From Salinivirgaceae bacterium (GTDB taxonomy: Bacteria; Bacteroidota; Bacteroidia; Bacteroidales; SZUA-534): a stretch of 64,000 nt of DNA. The notes under the pieces are model-generated. The model saw nothing but the letters and a program-made list of their open reading frames with translations, was not told where the DNA came from and did no database searches. The stretch spans positions 505 through 64,504 of the forward strand of contig JAQICC010000146.1 in the NCBI GenBank assembly GCA_027858735.1, given 5' to 3'. Both the position numbers and the translations under genes were made by a program. Positions 1 through 9,685 of the stretch are shown here, piece by piece (position 1 is the stretch's first letter; each line of letters begins with the position of its first letter).

Positions 1-1065
1 AAAAGAATCAATGATGTGATAGTTGATTTTGGACACAAGAAAGTATTTAAAAAAAAAGGAACGGTAGCATTATTTGCAAAAACAGATAGTTTTGTTGTTG
101 AATCAAATGTTCATTTCCCCACCGATTACAATTTGTTGTGGGATGCATCTCGGAAGATTCTGGATATTGTTAATTGGTTTGCAAATAAATATCCTTCTAC
201 CGAAGGGTGGCGAAAATCAAAAGATTGGTATTCAACATTAAAAAATCTTAGCAGAGCGGTAGGGCAATCTAGCTCATCAGGAGGAAAAGGGAAAGCGGAA
301 AGAATAATACAGGCTGCACAGCAATATGTTACAAAAGCCACTGCGCTAAGTGATAAAATCAGTAAGACAAAAGATAGCTTTCCAATTAATGAGACAATTG
401 ACTTGGTGAAGATTTTAGAATTAGAGCATTTTATAACATTATTAGATAAGCATGTGGATTTAGTTGAGAGGAGATTGATAAAAGGGGATAAGATTCCTCA
501 TGAAGATAAAATATTTTCACTATTCGAAGAATATACAGAATGGATAACTAAAGGCAAATCTAGGCCAAGCGTAGAGTTAGGCAAGAAATTATCAATTACC
601 ACAGATCAATTTGGGTTGATAATAGATTATCATATTATGGAAAAAGAATCTGATTCTGAGATTGTTTTATCAACAGCTGACAGGGTGTTGTCAAAATATG
701 ATATTTTGAGTTGGAGTTTTGATAAAGGGTATTGGCATAAGGACAATAAATGGATTTTAAGTACCCAGATACCCAATGTAATAATGCCCAAAAAGGGCAA
801 GCTAAATAAACAGGAAGCCGAAGAAGAGCATACAAAAGAGTTTAAAAAGTTAAGGAATAAACACAGCGCAATCGAGTCAAATATAAATGAATTGGAACAT
901 AGTGGACTAGACCGATGTCCTGATAGAGGTTTTCATGGCTTTAAACGATACATCGGCATGGGTGTTGTTGCCCACAATCTGCAAAGAATAGGTAAAGAAT
1001 TATTAAAACAAGAGAATGCAGCCCGAGAAAAAGACAAAAAAAAGATGCTTTTGCCAGCAGCTTAA
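1..1065 (+). CDS. DDE transposase (IS4/IS5-superfamily, ISNCY/IS1182-like), N-terminus outside the window
   Basis: The frame is open to nt 1: codons K-R-I-N-D precede the GTG at 16 with no stop. Candidate DDE contexts are TDSFVVESNVHFPTDYNLL, SFDKGYW and HSAIESNINELE. The C-terminal GFKRYIGMGVVAHNLQRIG tail is typical of IS4/IS5-type transposases. Confidence 0.8.
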   Translation, partial: KRINDVIVDFGHKKVFKKKGTVALFAKTDSFVVESNVHFPTDYNLLWDASRKILDIVNWFANKYPSTEGWRKSKDWYSTLKNLSRAVGQSSSSGGKGKAERIIQAAQQYVTKATALSDKISKTKDSFPINETIDLVKILELEHFITLLDKHVDLVERRLIKGDKIPHEDKIFSLFEEYTEWITKGKSRPSVELGKKLSITTDQFGLIIDYHIMEKESDSEIVLSTADRVLSKYDILSWSFDKGYWHKDNKWILSTQIPNVIMPKKGKLNKQEAEEEHTKEFKKLRNKHSAIESNINELEHSGLDRCPDRGFHGFKRYIGMGVVAHNLQRIGKELLKQENAAREKDKKKMLLPAA

Positions 1066-1244
1066 TTTAAAAGCTATTTTAATTTTAAATAATTTAATGG
1101 GAAAGGTATGTGCAAAAACAAGAAAAACAAGATAATAACACCTGTATTTATCAATAATGCAAAAGAATAGTATGTGATTTAATGACAGAAAACATTTAAA
1201 AAAAAATTAATCGAATATATATATAGAAATCCGTAGAATTTTAA
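1..1244 (+). mobile_element. Right-hand part of an insertion sequence; right boundary unresolved
   Basis: Holds the transposase ORF plus a non-coding AT-rich tail. The right boundary is only bracketed between the transposase stop (1065) and the start of the adjacent gene fragment (about 1245). No terminal inverted repeat can be checked because the left end is outside the window. Confidence 0.4.
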
Positions 1245-1514
1245 AAATTCCGAGTTTTCTTTCTGACACTAACTACTAATGAGACCAATAAATACCTATT
1301 TGGGAAAAAAATTAACGGCCCCTTTAAAAAAATTAAACGTTGGGGATCGGTTTTTCTAATGGTAGCTGCCATGTTCCCGTTACCTTACAGCACTATCTGC
1401 ATAATTTCCGGCATTTTAAAGTACCCTTTAAAAAATTTCATTTTTATTGGATTTATACGTATTTTAAGGTTTTACATTTATGCTTTGGTTTTATTTGGGT
1501 TGATAAAATTCTAG
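1245..1514 (+). pseudogene. Possible 3' fragment of a VTT/DedA (TVP38/TMEM64-like) membrane protein gene
   Basis: 89-codon open frame (stop TAG 1512-1514, upstream in-frame stop at 1242) reading ...KYLFGKKINGPFKKIKRWGSVFLMVAAMFPLPYSTICIISGILKYPLKNFIFIGFIRILRFYIYALVLFGLIKF. It resembles the C-terminal half of VTT/DedA proteins and has no plausible N-terminus. It is in a different frame from the listed ORF 1340..1606. Confidence 0.35.
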
Positions 1515-1550
1515 CCTATTTTTGCATATACACATTAAGCATAAATTACA

Positions 1551-3707
1551 ATGCGGCTATTTTTAATTTTTTGTATTCCATTATTTTTTTTGAGCATTTC
1601 TATTAATGCCCAGTCGGTATTTGATTCCATTGTAATTAAAAACACAAATTCATACCTGCCTAACAGTAAAATAACCTATGCCTATAATTATTGCGATAAA
1701 AACTTAAATAAAAGCCCTCACCAAGTGTACCTTTTGTTAATTGGTATTGAAGAGTATTTGTATCAAAATTTAAATTTAAAGAGATGGTGTGAATATCACT
1801 ACCACTTGGCAAACTATTATTTTGTATCAGAAATGTTCGATTCTGCATATTCGTCTTATAACGACGCTTTGGAGCAACAATTCAGTTTAACAAACGAACA
1901 ATTAGCAAAAATCCACATCAACCTTTCCTTTGTTAATTTACTTAATGGAAAAGTAAAAGATGCAAAACAAAATTTACTTACATCGGCTGCATTCGTAAAA
2001 ACAGAGAACAATGCTTTTCTTAAAGGAATGCAATATCAGCAGCAAGCTTTGATAAATGCATATGAAGAAAATTATCCTTTAGCATCAAGCTTATATCAGA
2101 AAGCAATTGCCCAGTATCAAGAAGAAAACGATAGCACACAAGTGGGATCAGTATATTGCGATATTGCCTTATTGTACTCAAAAATAGGCAACCACCCATT
2201 GGCTATAGATTATTTAGAAAAAGCCGAAACAATTTTTAATAAACTTGATAACAAAAGGTATTTAGCTAGCAATCAGCTTAAAATTGGAGATACATACATA
2301 AATGCTACAAAATACCATAAAGCGTTAAAGTCACTTGATGTAGCCGAGCGTTTATTCATAATTTTTAACGATCAAAAAAACCTTGCAAAAACCTATAGCT
2401 TGAAGGGTAAAACATTTGATAAACTCAGAGATTATACCCAATCGTTGAGTTATTTAAACAAAGCCCTCGAATTAATGATTAGTCAAAACAATAAATCGGG
2501 TGAAACCATAACCCTTCTTCTTCTTGGAGATTTGTATACTGACATGGTTAGAATACCAAAAGCTCAGCACTTTTACACTAAAAGCCTTCAGCTTGTTATT
2601 GATCCATCTATTAAACTGGAATTGTATGAGAAACTATCAAATAATTATTCCAAAATTGGAGATTATTATAAAGCATATAAGTACCAAATACTATACAACG
2701 GACTGCAGAAAAACATTTTAACTGAAATAAACCGTATTCATGCAGAACGTTTGACAAGACGAATTAGTGAAGAACTAACAAATCATGAAAATGAAAAACG
2801 AATTCTTCAAACCGAACTTTCTATTTTAATGGAAGGTAAAAAAGAAAGAATTACCTTCTTTCAAGTAATGATTTTAGGACAGATACTCGTTATTGGTATC
2901 CTTATATTTATTATTATCAGGTTTAAAAAAAGAAGTAAACATGCTCAAAGTATGATAATAAAAACTGTTAATAACCAACGCTCCCAGTTACAAAAAAGCA
3001 ATGCAGAATTTAACAAATTAAAAAAAACATCGGAGCGTGTAATAAATATTGCAACGAAAAATATGTGGGAACCATTTTGGGTACTTGAGAGGCTGTCTAA
3101 CCAAATGGCAGACTCAAATGATGACGAAAGCATTGAATTAGAGGGTTCAACACACGACAATGATCAACTAATAATGGCCCGTAACTTACTTGAAAATGTA
3201 TTACACTGGGCTAAAAACCAGCAAAAATCAATTGAATATCACCCCGAATTGTTAGCCGTGAATGATTTACTTAATTCTATTTTAAAAACTCAAAAATTAC
3301 GAGCTGCAGCAAAAAAAATAAATATTACCTATAAGCAACAGGGAATTTCATATGTATATACCGATAAAGCTACAACCAAGGTAGCCTTGCGCAACATTAT
3401 TGAAAACGCCATTAAATTCTCAACAATTAAAGGTAAAATTTTAATAACCGTGCAGAATCAAGGTAATTCAACAGAAATTACTATTCACGATGATGGTGTT
3501 GGCATGACTAAAGATCAGATAAACTCTTTATTCTCAACACAAAGTCCATACCTGGCCTCAGGCACTCATGGAGAAAAAGGTGTTGGCCTAGGCTTGTCTC
3601 TATCGAAAGAATTTATTGAACGAAATTCTGGCAAATTAGCAATTAACAGCTCCATTGCTTTGGGAACCACCGTAAGCATTATCTTGCCATCAAAGCCAAA
3701 TAGCTAA
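1551..3707 (+). CDS. TPR-repeat sensor kinase-like protein (HATPase_c present, H box degenerate)
   Basis: Signal peptide MRLFLIFCIPLFFLSISINAQ, then about 400 aa of TPR-like repeats and one TM helix (ITFFQVMILGQILVIGILIFIIIRF). The C-terminal ATPase has an N box (NIIENAIKFS), G1 (HDDGVGM) and G2 (GVGLGLSL). The expected H box reads IATKNMWEPF. Confidence 0.85.
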   Translation: MRLFLIFCIPLFFLSISINAQSVFDSIVIKNTNSYLPNSKITYAYNYCDKNLNKSPHQVYLLLIGIEEYLYQNLNLKRWCEYHYHLANYYFVSEMFDSAYSSYNDALEQQFSLTNEQLAKIHINLSFVNLLNGKVKDAKQNLLTSAAFVKTENNAFLKGMQYQQQALINAYEENYPLASSLYQKAIAQYQEENDSTQVGSVYCDIALLYSKIGNHPLAIDYLEKAETIFNKLDNKRYLASNQLKIGDTYINATKYHKALKSLDVAERLFIIFNDQKNLAKTYSLKGKTFDKLRDYTQSLSYLNKALELMISQNNKSGETITLLLLGDLYTDMVRIPKAQHFYTKSLQLVIDPSIKLELYEKLSNNYSKIGDYYKAYKYQILYNGLQKNILTEINRIHAERLTRRISEELTNHENEKRILQTELSILMEGKKERITFFQVMILGQILVIGILIFIIIRFKKRSKHAQSMIIKTVNNQRSQLQKSNAEFNKLKKTSERVINIATKNMWEPFWVLERLSNQMADSNDDESIELEGSTHDNDQLIMARNLLENVLHWAKNQQKSIEYHPELLAVNDLLNSILKTQKLRAAAKKINITYKQQGISYVYTDKATTKVALRNIIENAIKFSTIKGKILITVQNQGNSTEITIHDDGVGMTKDQINSLFSTQSPYLASGTHGEKGVGLGLSLSKEFIERNSGKLAINSSIALGTTVSIILPSKPNS

Positions 3708-3710
3708 GAA

Positions 3711-5837
3711 TTACTCCATACCCTTCATCGACAATTGAATTCTTTTTCTATCCACTTCAATAGAAACCACCTTAACTTTTACATGTTGATTTAATGATAC
3801 CACATCGGCAGGATTAGAAACGAATTTATCGGCTAATTGCGAAATATGCACCAAGCCATCTTGATGCACACCTATATCAACAAAGGCCCCAAAATTGGTG
3901 ATATTGGTTACTATTCCGGGTAGAACCATCCCTTCATATAAATCTTTCATGGTATTTACACCTTGGGCAAACTCAAACATCTTTATTATAGTTCTTGGGT
4001 CGCGCCCTGGCTTTTCCAATTCAGTTTTAATATCTTGTAGGGTTGGTAAACCAATAGTTGGCGTAACATATTTTTTTAAATCAATTTTACTCCTAACCTC
4101 TGGTTTTTTAATAAGATCGATAATTTCACATTGCAAATCTTTAGCCATTCTATCAACCACCTTATAGCTTTCAGGATGCACGGCGCTATTATCTAATGGA
4201 TTTTTCGAATTGGGGATGCGTAAAAATCCTGCACATTGCTCATAAGCCTTGTCGCCCATACGAGGTACTTTTTTCAATTCTTTGCGCGATGCAAACTGCC
4301 CATTTTCTTTACGAAAATCGACTATATTTTGAGCTAACTTTGGACCCAAACCACTTACCGAACTTAAAAGATGCTTACTTGCGGTATTCAGGTTAACACC
4401 TACTGAGTTCACGCAACTTTCCACCACAAATTCAAGATTCTCTTTTAATTTTGTTTGATCAACATCGTGCTGATATTGCCCTACCCCAATTGATTTAGCA
4501 TCAATTTTAACCAATTCAGCCAAAGGATCCATTAATCTGCGTCCAATGGAAACAGCTCCGCGTACAGTAACATCAAATTGTGGAAATTCTTCGCGAGCTA
4601 CAGGCGAGGCTGAATATATGGAGGCTCCACTTTCATTCACCATAAACACCTGTATATCAGAATCGAATTTTATTTTGCGAATAAACGCTTCCGTTTCTCG
4701 ACTGGCTGTACCATTACCAATGGCTATAGCTTGAATTTTATAGCTATTTACCAAAGCTATAATTTTTTTCGAGGCTAACAACTTTTCATTCTGAGGCGGA
4801 TGCGGGTAAATATTTTCATTATGTAGCAAATCGCCCAATTCACTTAAGCATACCAACTTACAACCCGATTTAAACCCCGGATCAAGAGCTAATATGCGTT
4901 TCTGTCCTAAAGGCGAAGCTAATAAAAGTTGACGCAGATTTCTCGCAAAAACCTCAATAGCTTCTTCATCGGCCTTTTCTTTAAATAGTTTTTTAAACTC
5001 ATTCTCAAGCGAAGGTTGAACCAGTCGTTTATAACTATCTTTTAAGGCTATTCGAATTTGTTCTGCTGAATGGGTATATCCTTTGCAAAAATAATCCTCA
5101 ATGATTTCTTCTGCTTGTTCTTGCTCAGGTGCTACCATAATTTTTAATACGCCTTCAGCCTCACCTCTACGTATAGCTAACATTCTATGCGAAGGGCATT
5201 TTTTTAGCAACTCTGAATACTCAAAATAATCGGAATATTTATTACCATCTTCTTCTTTACCTTTAACCACTTTTGCATAAATCATGGCATCGCGTGCAAA
5301 TAAGTTACGCGTACGATTTCTGGTTGTTTGATTCTCACTAATCCATTCGGCAATTATATCACGAGCTCCTTGCAAAGCATGTTCCATATCAACAACATCG
5401 CCCTTTACATATTTTAATGCCCACTGCTCTACGTCGCCCGAATCTTGCCTCATTATTTGCTTTGCAAAAGGCTCAAGACCAAGCTCTTTTGCAACAGTAG
5501 CTTTTGTCCGGCGCTTGGGTTTATAAGGTAGGTAAATATCTTCTAATTCAACGGGGTCAAAGGTTCTTTCAATTTTCGATTTTAATTCATCGGTTAATTG
5601 CCCTTGCTCATTAATAGTTTCAAGTACCAGCACCTTGCGCTTTTCAAGCTCTGTAAACTTTTTATTCAATAACTCTACGTCGCGTATTACTACCTCATCG
5701 AGCCCTCCGGTACGTTCTTTTCTATACCTGCTAATAAAAGGAACCGTTGCTCCTTCACTAAAAAGACCAACTACAGCATCGACTTGCTTAAAATTAATAT
5801 TTAATTTTTTTGCTATTTGCTCAATATACTTGTTCAT
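3711..5837 (-). CDS. tex: Tex-like transcription accessory protein (YqgF-like, HhH and S1 RNA-binding domains)
   Basis: 708 aa. N-terminus IAKKLNINFKQVDAVVGLFSEGATVPFISRYRKE is typical of Tex. C-terminal S1 domain: GMVLPGIVTNITNFGAFVDIGVHQDGLVHISQL. Confidence 0.92.
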   Translation of the reverse strand: MNKYIEQIAKKLNINFKQVDAVVGLFSEGATVPFISRYRKERTGGLDEVVIRDVELLNKKFTELEKRKVLVLETINEQGQLTDELKSKIERTFDPVELEDIYLPYKPKRRTKATVAKELGLEPFAKQIMRQDSGDVEQWALKYVKGDVVDMEHALQGARDIIAEWISENQTTRNRTRNLFARDAMIYAKVVKGKEEDGNKYSDYFEYSELLKKCPSHRMLAIRRGEAEGVLKIMVAPEQEQAEEIIEDYFCKGYTHSAEQIRIALKDSYKRLVQPSLENEFKKLFKEKADEEAIEVFARNLRQLLLASPLGQKRILALDPGFKSGCKLVCLSELGDLLHNENIYPHPPQNEKLLASKKIIALVNSYKIQAIAIGNGTASRETEAFIRKIKFDSDIQVFMVNESGASIYSASPVAREEFPQFDVTVRGAVSIGRRLMDPLAELVKIDAKSIGVGQYQHDVDQTKLKENLEFVVESCVNSVGVNLNTASKHLLSSVSGLGPKLAQNIVDFRKENGQFASRKELKKVPRMGDKAYEQCAGFLRIPNSKNPLDNSAVHPESYKVVDRMAKDLQCEIIDLIKKPEVRSKIDLKKYVTPTIGLPTLQDIKTELEKPGRDPRTIIKMFEFAQGVNTMKDLYEGMVLPGIVTNITNFGAFVDIGVHQDGLVHISQLADKFVSNPADVVSLNQHVKVKVVSIEVDRKRIQLSMKGME

Positions 5838-5884
5838 TATTTTTTCCGATTTTATAATCTTAAATTAAAAAGGCAATTGGTTCT

Positions 5885-6349
5885 TTATTTAAAAATTAAC
5901 GACACTATTCGCTTTAAACCTTCTGCATCAGTGCTATCAAAAACATCAAGCTTATCGCTATCAACATCTAAAACACCCACTACTCTACCACTTTTATTTT
6001 TTACAGGAATTACAATTTCCGATTTCGATCGCGAATCGCAAGCAATATGCCCAGAGTACTCATGAACATTTGGCACTATAATGCTTTTCTGTTGATTAAT
6101 ACCAGACCAACAAACACCCACATGTTTAGTTAATTCCATGCACGCAACAGGTCCTTGATAGGTACGCACAACCAATCGATTATCGGTAGTTAGCATATAA
6201 AACCCTGTCCAGAAAAAACCCTCCATTTTATGATGAAGTAACGATGCAATACTGCACATTCTAGCATTAGCATCTTCTGATTTAGACATCAAATCTTTTA
6301 ATTGCTTATAGATTCTATCGTATCTACCCTGTTTTTTTGCGTTTTCCAT
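5885..6349 (-). CDS. msrC: GAF domain protein, free methionine-(R)-sulfoxide reductase family (YebR/MsrC-like)
   Basis: 154 aa single GAF domain. The GHIACDSRSKSEIVIPV motif matches the fRMsr family signature. Confidence 0.8.
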   Translation of the reverse strand: MENAKKQGRYDRIYKQLKDLMSKSEDANARMCSIASLLHHKMEGFFWTGFYMLTTDNRLVVRTYQGPVACMELTKHVGVCWSGINQQKSIIVPNVHEYSGHIACDSRSKSEIVIPVKNKSGRVVGVLDVDSDKLDVFDSTDAEGLKRIVSLIFK

Positions 6350-6487
6350 ATTGATTTAAAATAGAGATAGCAAATAAATGAAATTTTATGGACTCATAAA
6401 GGTTCTGAAAGATTATTTATGAACAGACCATAAACAAAAAAAGGTGAACATATGTCCACCTCCATTTAAATATTTTATTGTTTTATC

Positions 6488-7009
6488 CTAAACCTTTATA
6501 GCATTACTCATTGAAACCAATGAATTACTAAGTTTTAATCCAAATTTTTCAGCATTTGTTGAACTTACCTCAAACTTTAATTTATTGTCTACAACCACAA
6601 AATTAATCATAGCACCATCATCTGTCGATCCATTCCTCTCGGTAACGATAAGTGTATTTTTATTCTCTAGTTTGGTTGAAATGGCTTGAGAATTTTTTCC
6701 AAAATTAATCACCCTCGAAACATAAAGCATTTGGCAATTAGTTATCTCATCAACACTTTTAAACTCCTTTATTATAATTTTTTGATAACCAAATTTTTTA
6801 CCTGACGTTTGTCTTTGTAAATGCTGAGCAATGGCCTTATTTTTAAGCACTCCAATTACAAAATCACCATCTTTGGCTTCATCGGGCCAACCTACATATC
6901 GTATAAAATTGATCATAAACGATGATTTATATTTAACAATAGTAGCATCTTGTGCAAAATTCACCATTGAATAAAGTACTATTGTAATTAGTAGTAATAG
7001 TTTCTTCAT
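6488..7009 (-). CDS. YfiR/DUF4154 family periplasmic protein
   Basis: Signal peptide MKKLLLLITIVLYSMVNFAQ and an FIRYVGWP motif with family-typical length (173 aa). Paralog of 7192..7700. Confidence 0.8.
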   Translation of the reverse strand: MKKLLLLITIVLYSMVNFAQDATIVKYKSSFMINFIRYVGWPDEAKDGDFVIGVLKNKAIAQHLQRQTSGKKFGYQKIIIKEFKSVDEITNCQMLYVSRVINFGKNSQAISTKLENKNTLIVTERNGSTDDGAMINFVVVDNKLKFEVSSTNAEKFGLKLSNSLVSMSNAIKV

Positions 7010-7191
7010 AATAATATTTTATTTTTTAAAAACATATAAATTTATATATAAAACTCCTTTTAACATAGAAAATGAATATGATAATTCACATTAAAAAAAC
7101 TGTTACTTCTCATTAAACTTGACCAATTTATAATAAAAAGAGGTGTGCAATATCCAGCCCTTAACCCACTTATTTGTTGTTTTACCCTAAA

Positions 7192-7700
7192 CTATAATTT
7201 TATGGCCTTATTCATTAATAGCAATGTATTGCTTAATTTCAATCCATATTTTTCAGCATTTTCTGAACTCACTTCAAATTTTAACTTTTCATCAACAATT
7301 ACAAAATTTATCATTGAACCATTTAAAATTGCATTTTTACCTTCAGTAATAATAAGCGAATTATTATTATTTAGTTTCTGAGAAATTGCCAAAGCATGCT
7401 TTGAATAATTTACAATACCATCAATATAAAGTATTTGGCAATTTGATATATCATCTACATTCTTAAATTTTTTGATAATAATATTCTGATAGTCGATTTT
7501 TTTACCATTCGTTTTAGCTTTAAGTTGGTCAGCCATTTGGCTATTCTTTAAAACACCAATTACAAAATCACTTCCTTTAGCGTCCTCTGGCCATCCAATG
7601 TAGCGAATAAAATTCAGCTTGAATAACGATTTGCACTTTGCTAATTCTTCGGTTTGTGCATTTGCCATACTACTAAAAATAAAATTGCTAACCTTTTCAT
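7192..7700 (-). pseudogene. YfiR/DUF4154 paralog with a frameshift between signal peptide and mature domain
   Basis: The mature domain (NFIRYIGWPEDAKGSDFVIGVLKN...) is intact in the frame of ORF 7192..7728, which starts only at a TTG and has no signal peptide. A signal-peptide-like start ATG at 7700 (MKRLAILFLVVW...) is in the adjacent frame and stops after 19 codons. One extra T in the T5 run (plus-strand A5 at 7675..7679) would fuse them to MKRLAILFFSSMANAQTEE... Confidence 0.6.
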
Positions 7701-7993
7701 ATTCTTCTTTAAATTTAAGTTCTATCAATTAAAACGGCGATTAAAAAATTAAGTTCGGAAAGGTTGTATGATAATGCAAGAAGAAAAAAAAGAATAAGCA
7801 CATTGCAAAAAATGATGTATATCATAAAATCATCCAATCCATAATCAATTAGCAACCATTTAATTACCTTTCAATTCAGCGACTGCTAATCATTAAGACA
7901 ATGAGAAAATACCGTAATTTGAATACTTTATGTTAAGTACGGTAGCCATTTATACAAATTGAAAGATGTAATGTATGCTCTTAAAAAAATAGC

Positions 7994-8001
7994 TACTTTT
8001 G
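7994..8001 (+). promoter_or_regulatory. Bacteroidota -7 promoter box (TACTTTTG) for prfC
   Basis: Exact match to TAnnTTTG, 19 nt upstream of the prfC ATG at 8020. Confidence 0.4.
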
Positions 8002-8019
8002 CGGCCTTAATAATTGGTT

Positions 8020-9597
8020 ATGGGATTTAAAGAAGAAATAGAACGCCGTAGAACTTTTGCGATTATAAGTCACCCCGATGCCGGGAAGACAACTCTAACT
8101 GAAAAGCTTCTGCTTTTTGGTGGGGCTATACACGTTGCTGGAGCAGTAAAATCAAATAAAATCAAAAAAACTGCCACTTCCGACTTTATGGAAATTGAAC
8201 GTCAACGTGGTATTTCGGTGGCAACTTCAGTAATGGGATTCGAATATGGCGGCAATAAAATTAATATTCTTGACACTCCTGGTCATCAGGATTTTGCTGA
8301 AGATACCTTTAGAACTCTAACAGCGGTTGATAGTGTAATTGTAGTTGTTGATGCAGCAAAAGGCGTTGAACCTCAAACAAAACGCTTGATGGAGGTTTGC
8401 CGCATGCGCAAAACTCCGGTTATCGTGTTTATTAATAAGGTTGACCGCGAAGGTAAGGACCCCTTCGATACCCTTGATGAAATTGAAGAACAACTAAAAA
8501 TAAAAGTTCGCCCTTTAAGTTGGCCTGTTGGTATGGGACAACGCCTTAAAGGGATTTACAATATTTTCAATAAAACATTCTACTACTTTTCGGCCGAAGA
8601 TAAAACTACCGCTGAAGAACCCAAAGAATTTAAAAACCTGAATGATCCAGAATTAGATATTGCTTTAAAGACTCATGCACAACAATTACGCGACGATTTA
8701 GAATTGGTTGAAGGTGTGTATCCTGAATTTGATATAAATGAATATTTAAATGCAGAAACTGCCCCAGTTTTCTTTGGTAGTGCCTTATATAATTTTGGGG
8801 TTAAAGAATTGCTCGAATCATTTATTCATATTGCACCTTACCCAAGACCATCAACTGCCGATGAGCGCATGGTTGATCCTTTTGAAGATAAATTCTCGGG
8901 CTTTGTGTTTAAAATTCATGCCAATATGGATCCGAACCATCGCGATCGTATAGCATTTGTTAAGATTTGTTCGGGTATCTTTAAAAGAAATACGAATTAT
9001 CAGCACATAAGATTAAACCGCAAATTAAAATTTGCAAGTCCTACTGCCTTTATGGCTGAAAAAAAGAGCATCGTTGAAGAGGCTTTTCCAGGTGACATTG
9101 TTGGTTTACACGATACTGGAAACTTTAAGATTGGTGATACGCTAACCGAGGGTGAATTATTTAGTTTTAAAGGACTTCCAAGCTTTTCGCCTGAAATGTT
9201 CCGCTATATTGAAAATGCGGATCCTATGAAGACTAAGCAACTCAATAAAGGGGTTGACCAATTGATGGATGAAGGCGTAGCCCAGCTATTTACTCTTGAT
9301 ATGAATGGCCGCAAGGTAATTGGATGTGTTGGACAACTGCAATTTGAGGTTATTGAATACCGGTTGCTACATGAATATGGGGCAAAGTGTCGTTACGAGA
9401 ATTTTAAGATGCACAAAGCGTGTTGGATAAAATCGAACAACAATGAGGAATGGGAAGATTTTAAAAGAAGAAAATACAAATCGATAGCCAAAGATAAACA
9501 CGGCCGTTATGTTTATCTTTCAGAGACTCCTTATGATTTACAAATGGCTCAAAGTAAATTTAAAAATCTAGAGTTTTTATTTACTTCAGAGTTTTAA
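8020..9597 (+). CDS. prfC: Peptide chain release factor 3
   Basis: GTPase G1 motif AIISHPDAGKTTLTEK, DTPGHQDF and NKVD. Length and C-terminal domains are typical of RF3. ATG at 8020 preferred over the TTG at 8014. Confidence 0.93.
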   Translation: MGFKEEIERRRTFAIISHPDAGKTTLTEKLLLFGGAIHVAGAVKSNKIKKTATSDFMEIERQRGISVATSVMGFEYGGNKINILDTPGHQDFAEDTFRTLTAVDSVIVVVDAAKGVEPQTKRLMEVCRMRKTPVIVFINKVDREGKDPFDTLDEIEEQLKIKVRPLSWPVGMGQRLKGIYNIFNKTFYYFSAEDKTTAEEPKEFKNLNDPELDIALKTHAQQLRDDLELVEGVYPEFDINEYLNAETAPVFFGSALYNFGVKELLESFIHIAPYPRPSTADERMVDPFEDKFSGFVFKIHANMDPNHRDRIAFVKICSGIFKRNTNYQHIRLNRKLKFASPTAFMAEKKSIVEEAFPGDIVGLHDTGNFKIGDTLTEGELFSFKGLPSFSPEMFRYIENADPMKTKQLNKGVDQLMDEGVAQLFTLDMNGRKVIGCVGQLQFEVIEYRLLHEYGAKCRYENFKMHKACWIKSNNNEEWEDFKRRKYKSIAKDKHGRYVYLSETPYDLQMAQSKFKNLEFLFTSEF

Positions 9598-9685
9598 TTT
9601 CACTAAATAAGTGAGCCTAACGTAGTCTTTCCCGTCAATATGTCGTTAAAACCATATTGGTGCATTTGTTGTATCTTTAGTTTTA

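Noticed and set aside
1340-1606. Listed 88-aa ORF upstream of and overlapping the TPR kinase start.
   Set aside because: Low-complexity translation with no motif. A different frame of the same DNA gives the VTT/DedA-like fragment, and the 3' end overlaps the well-supported signal peptide of the kinase gene.
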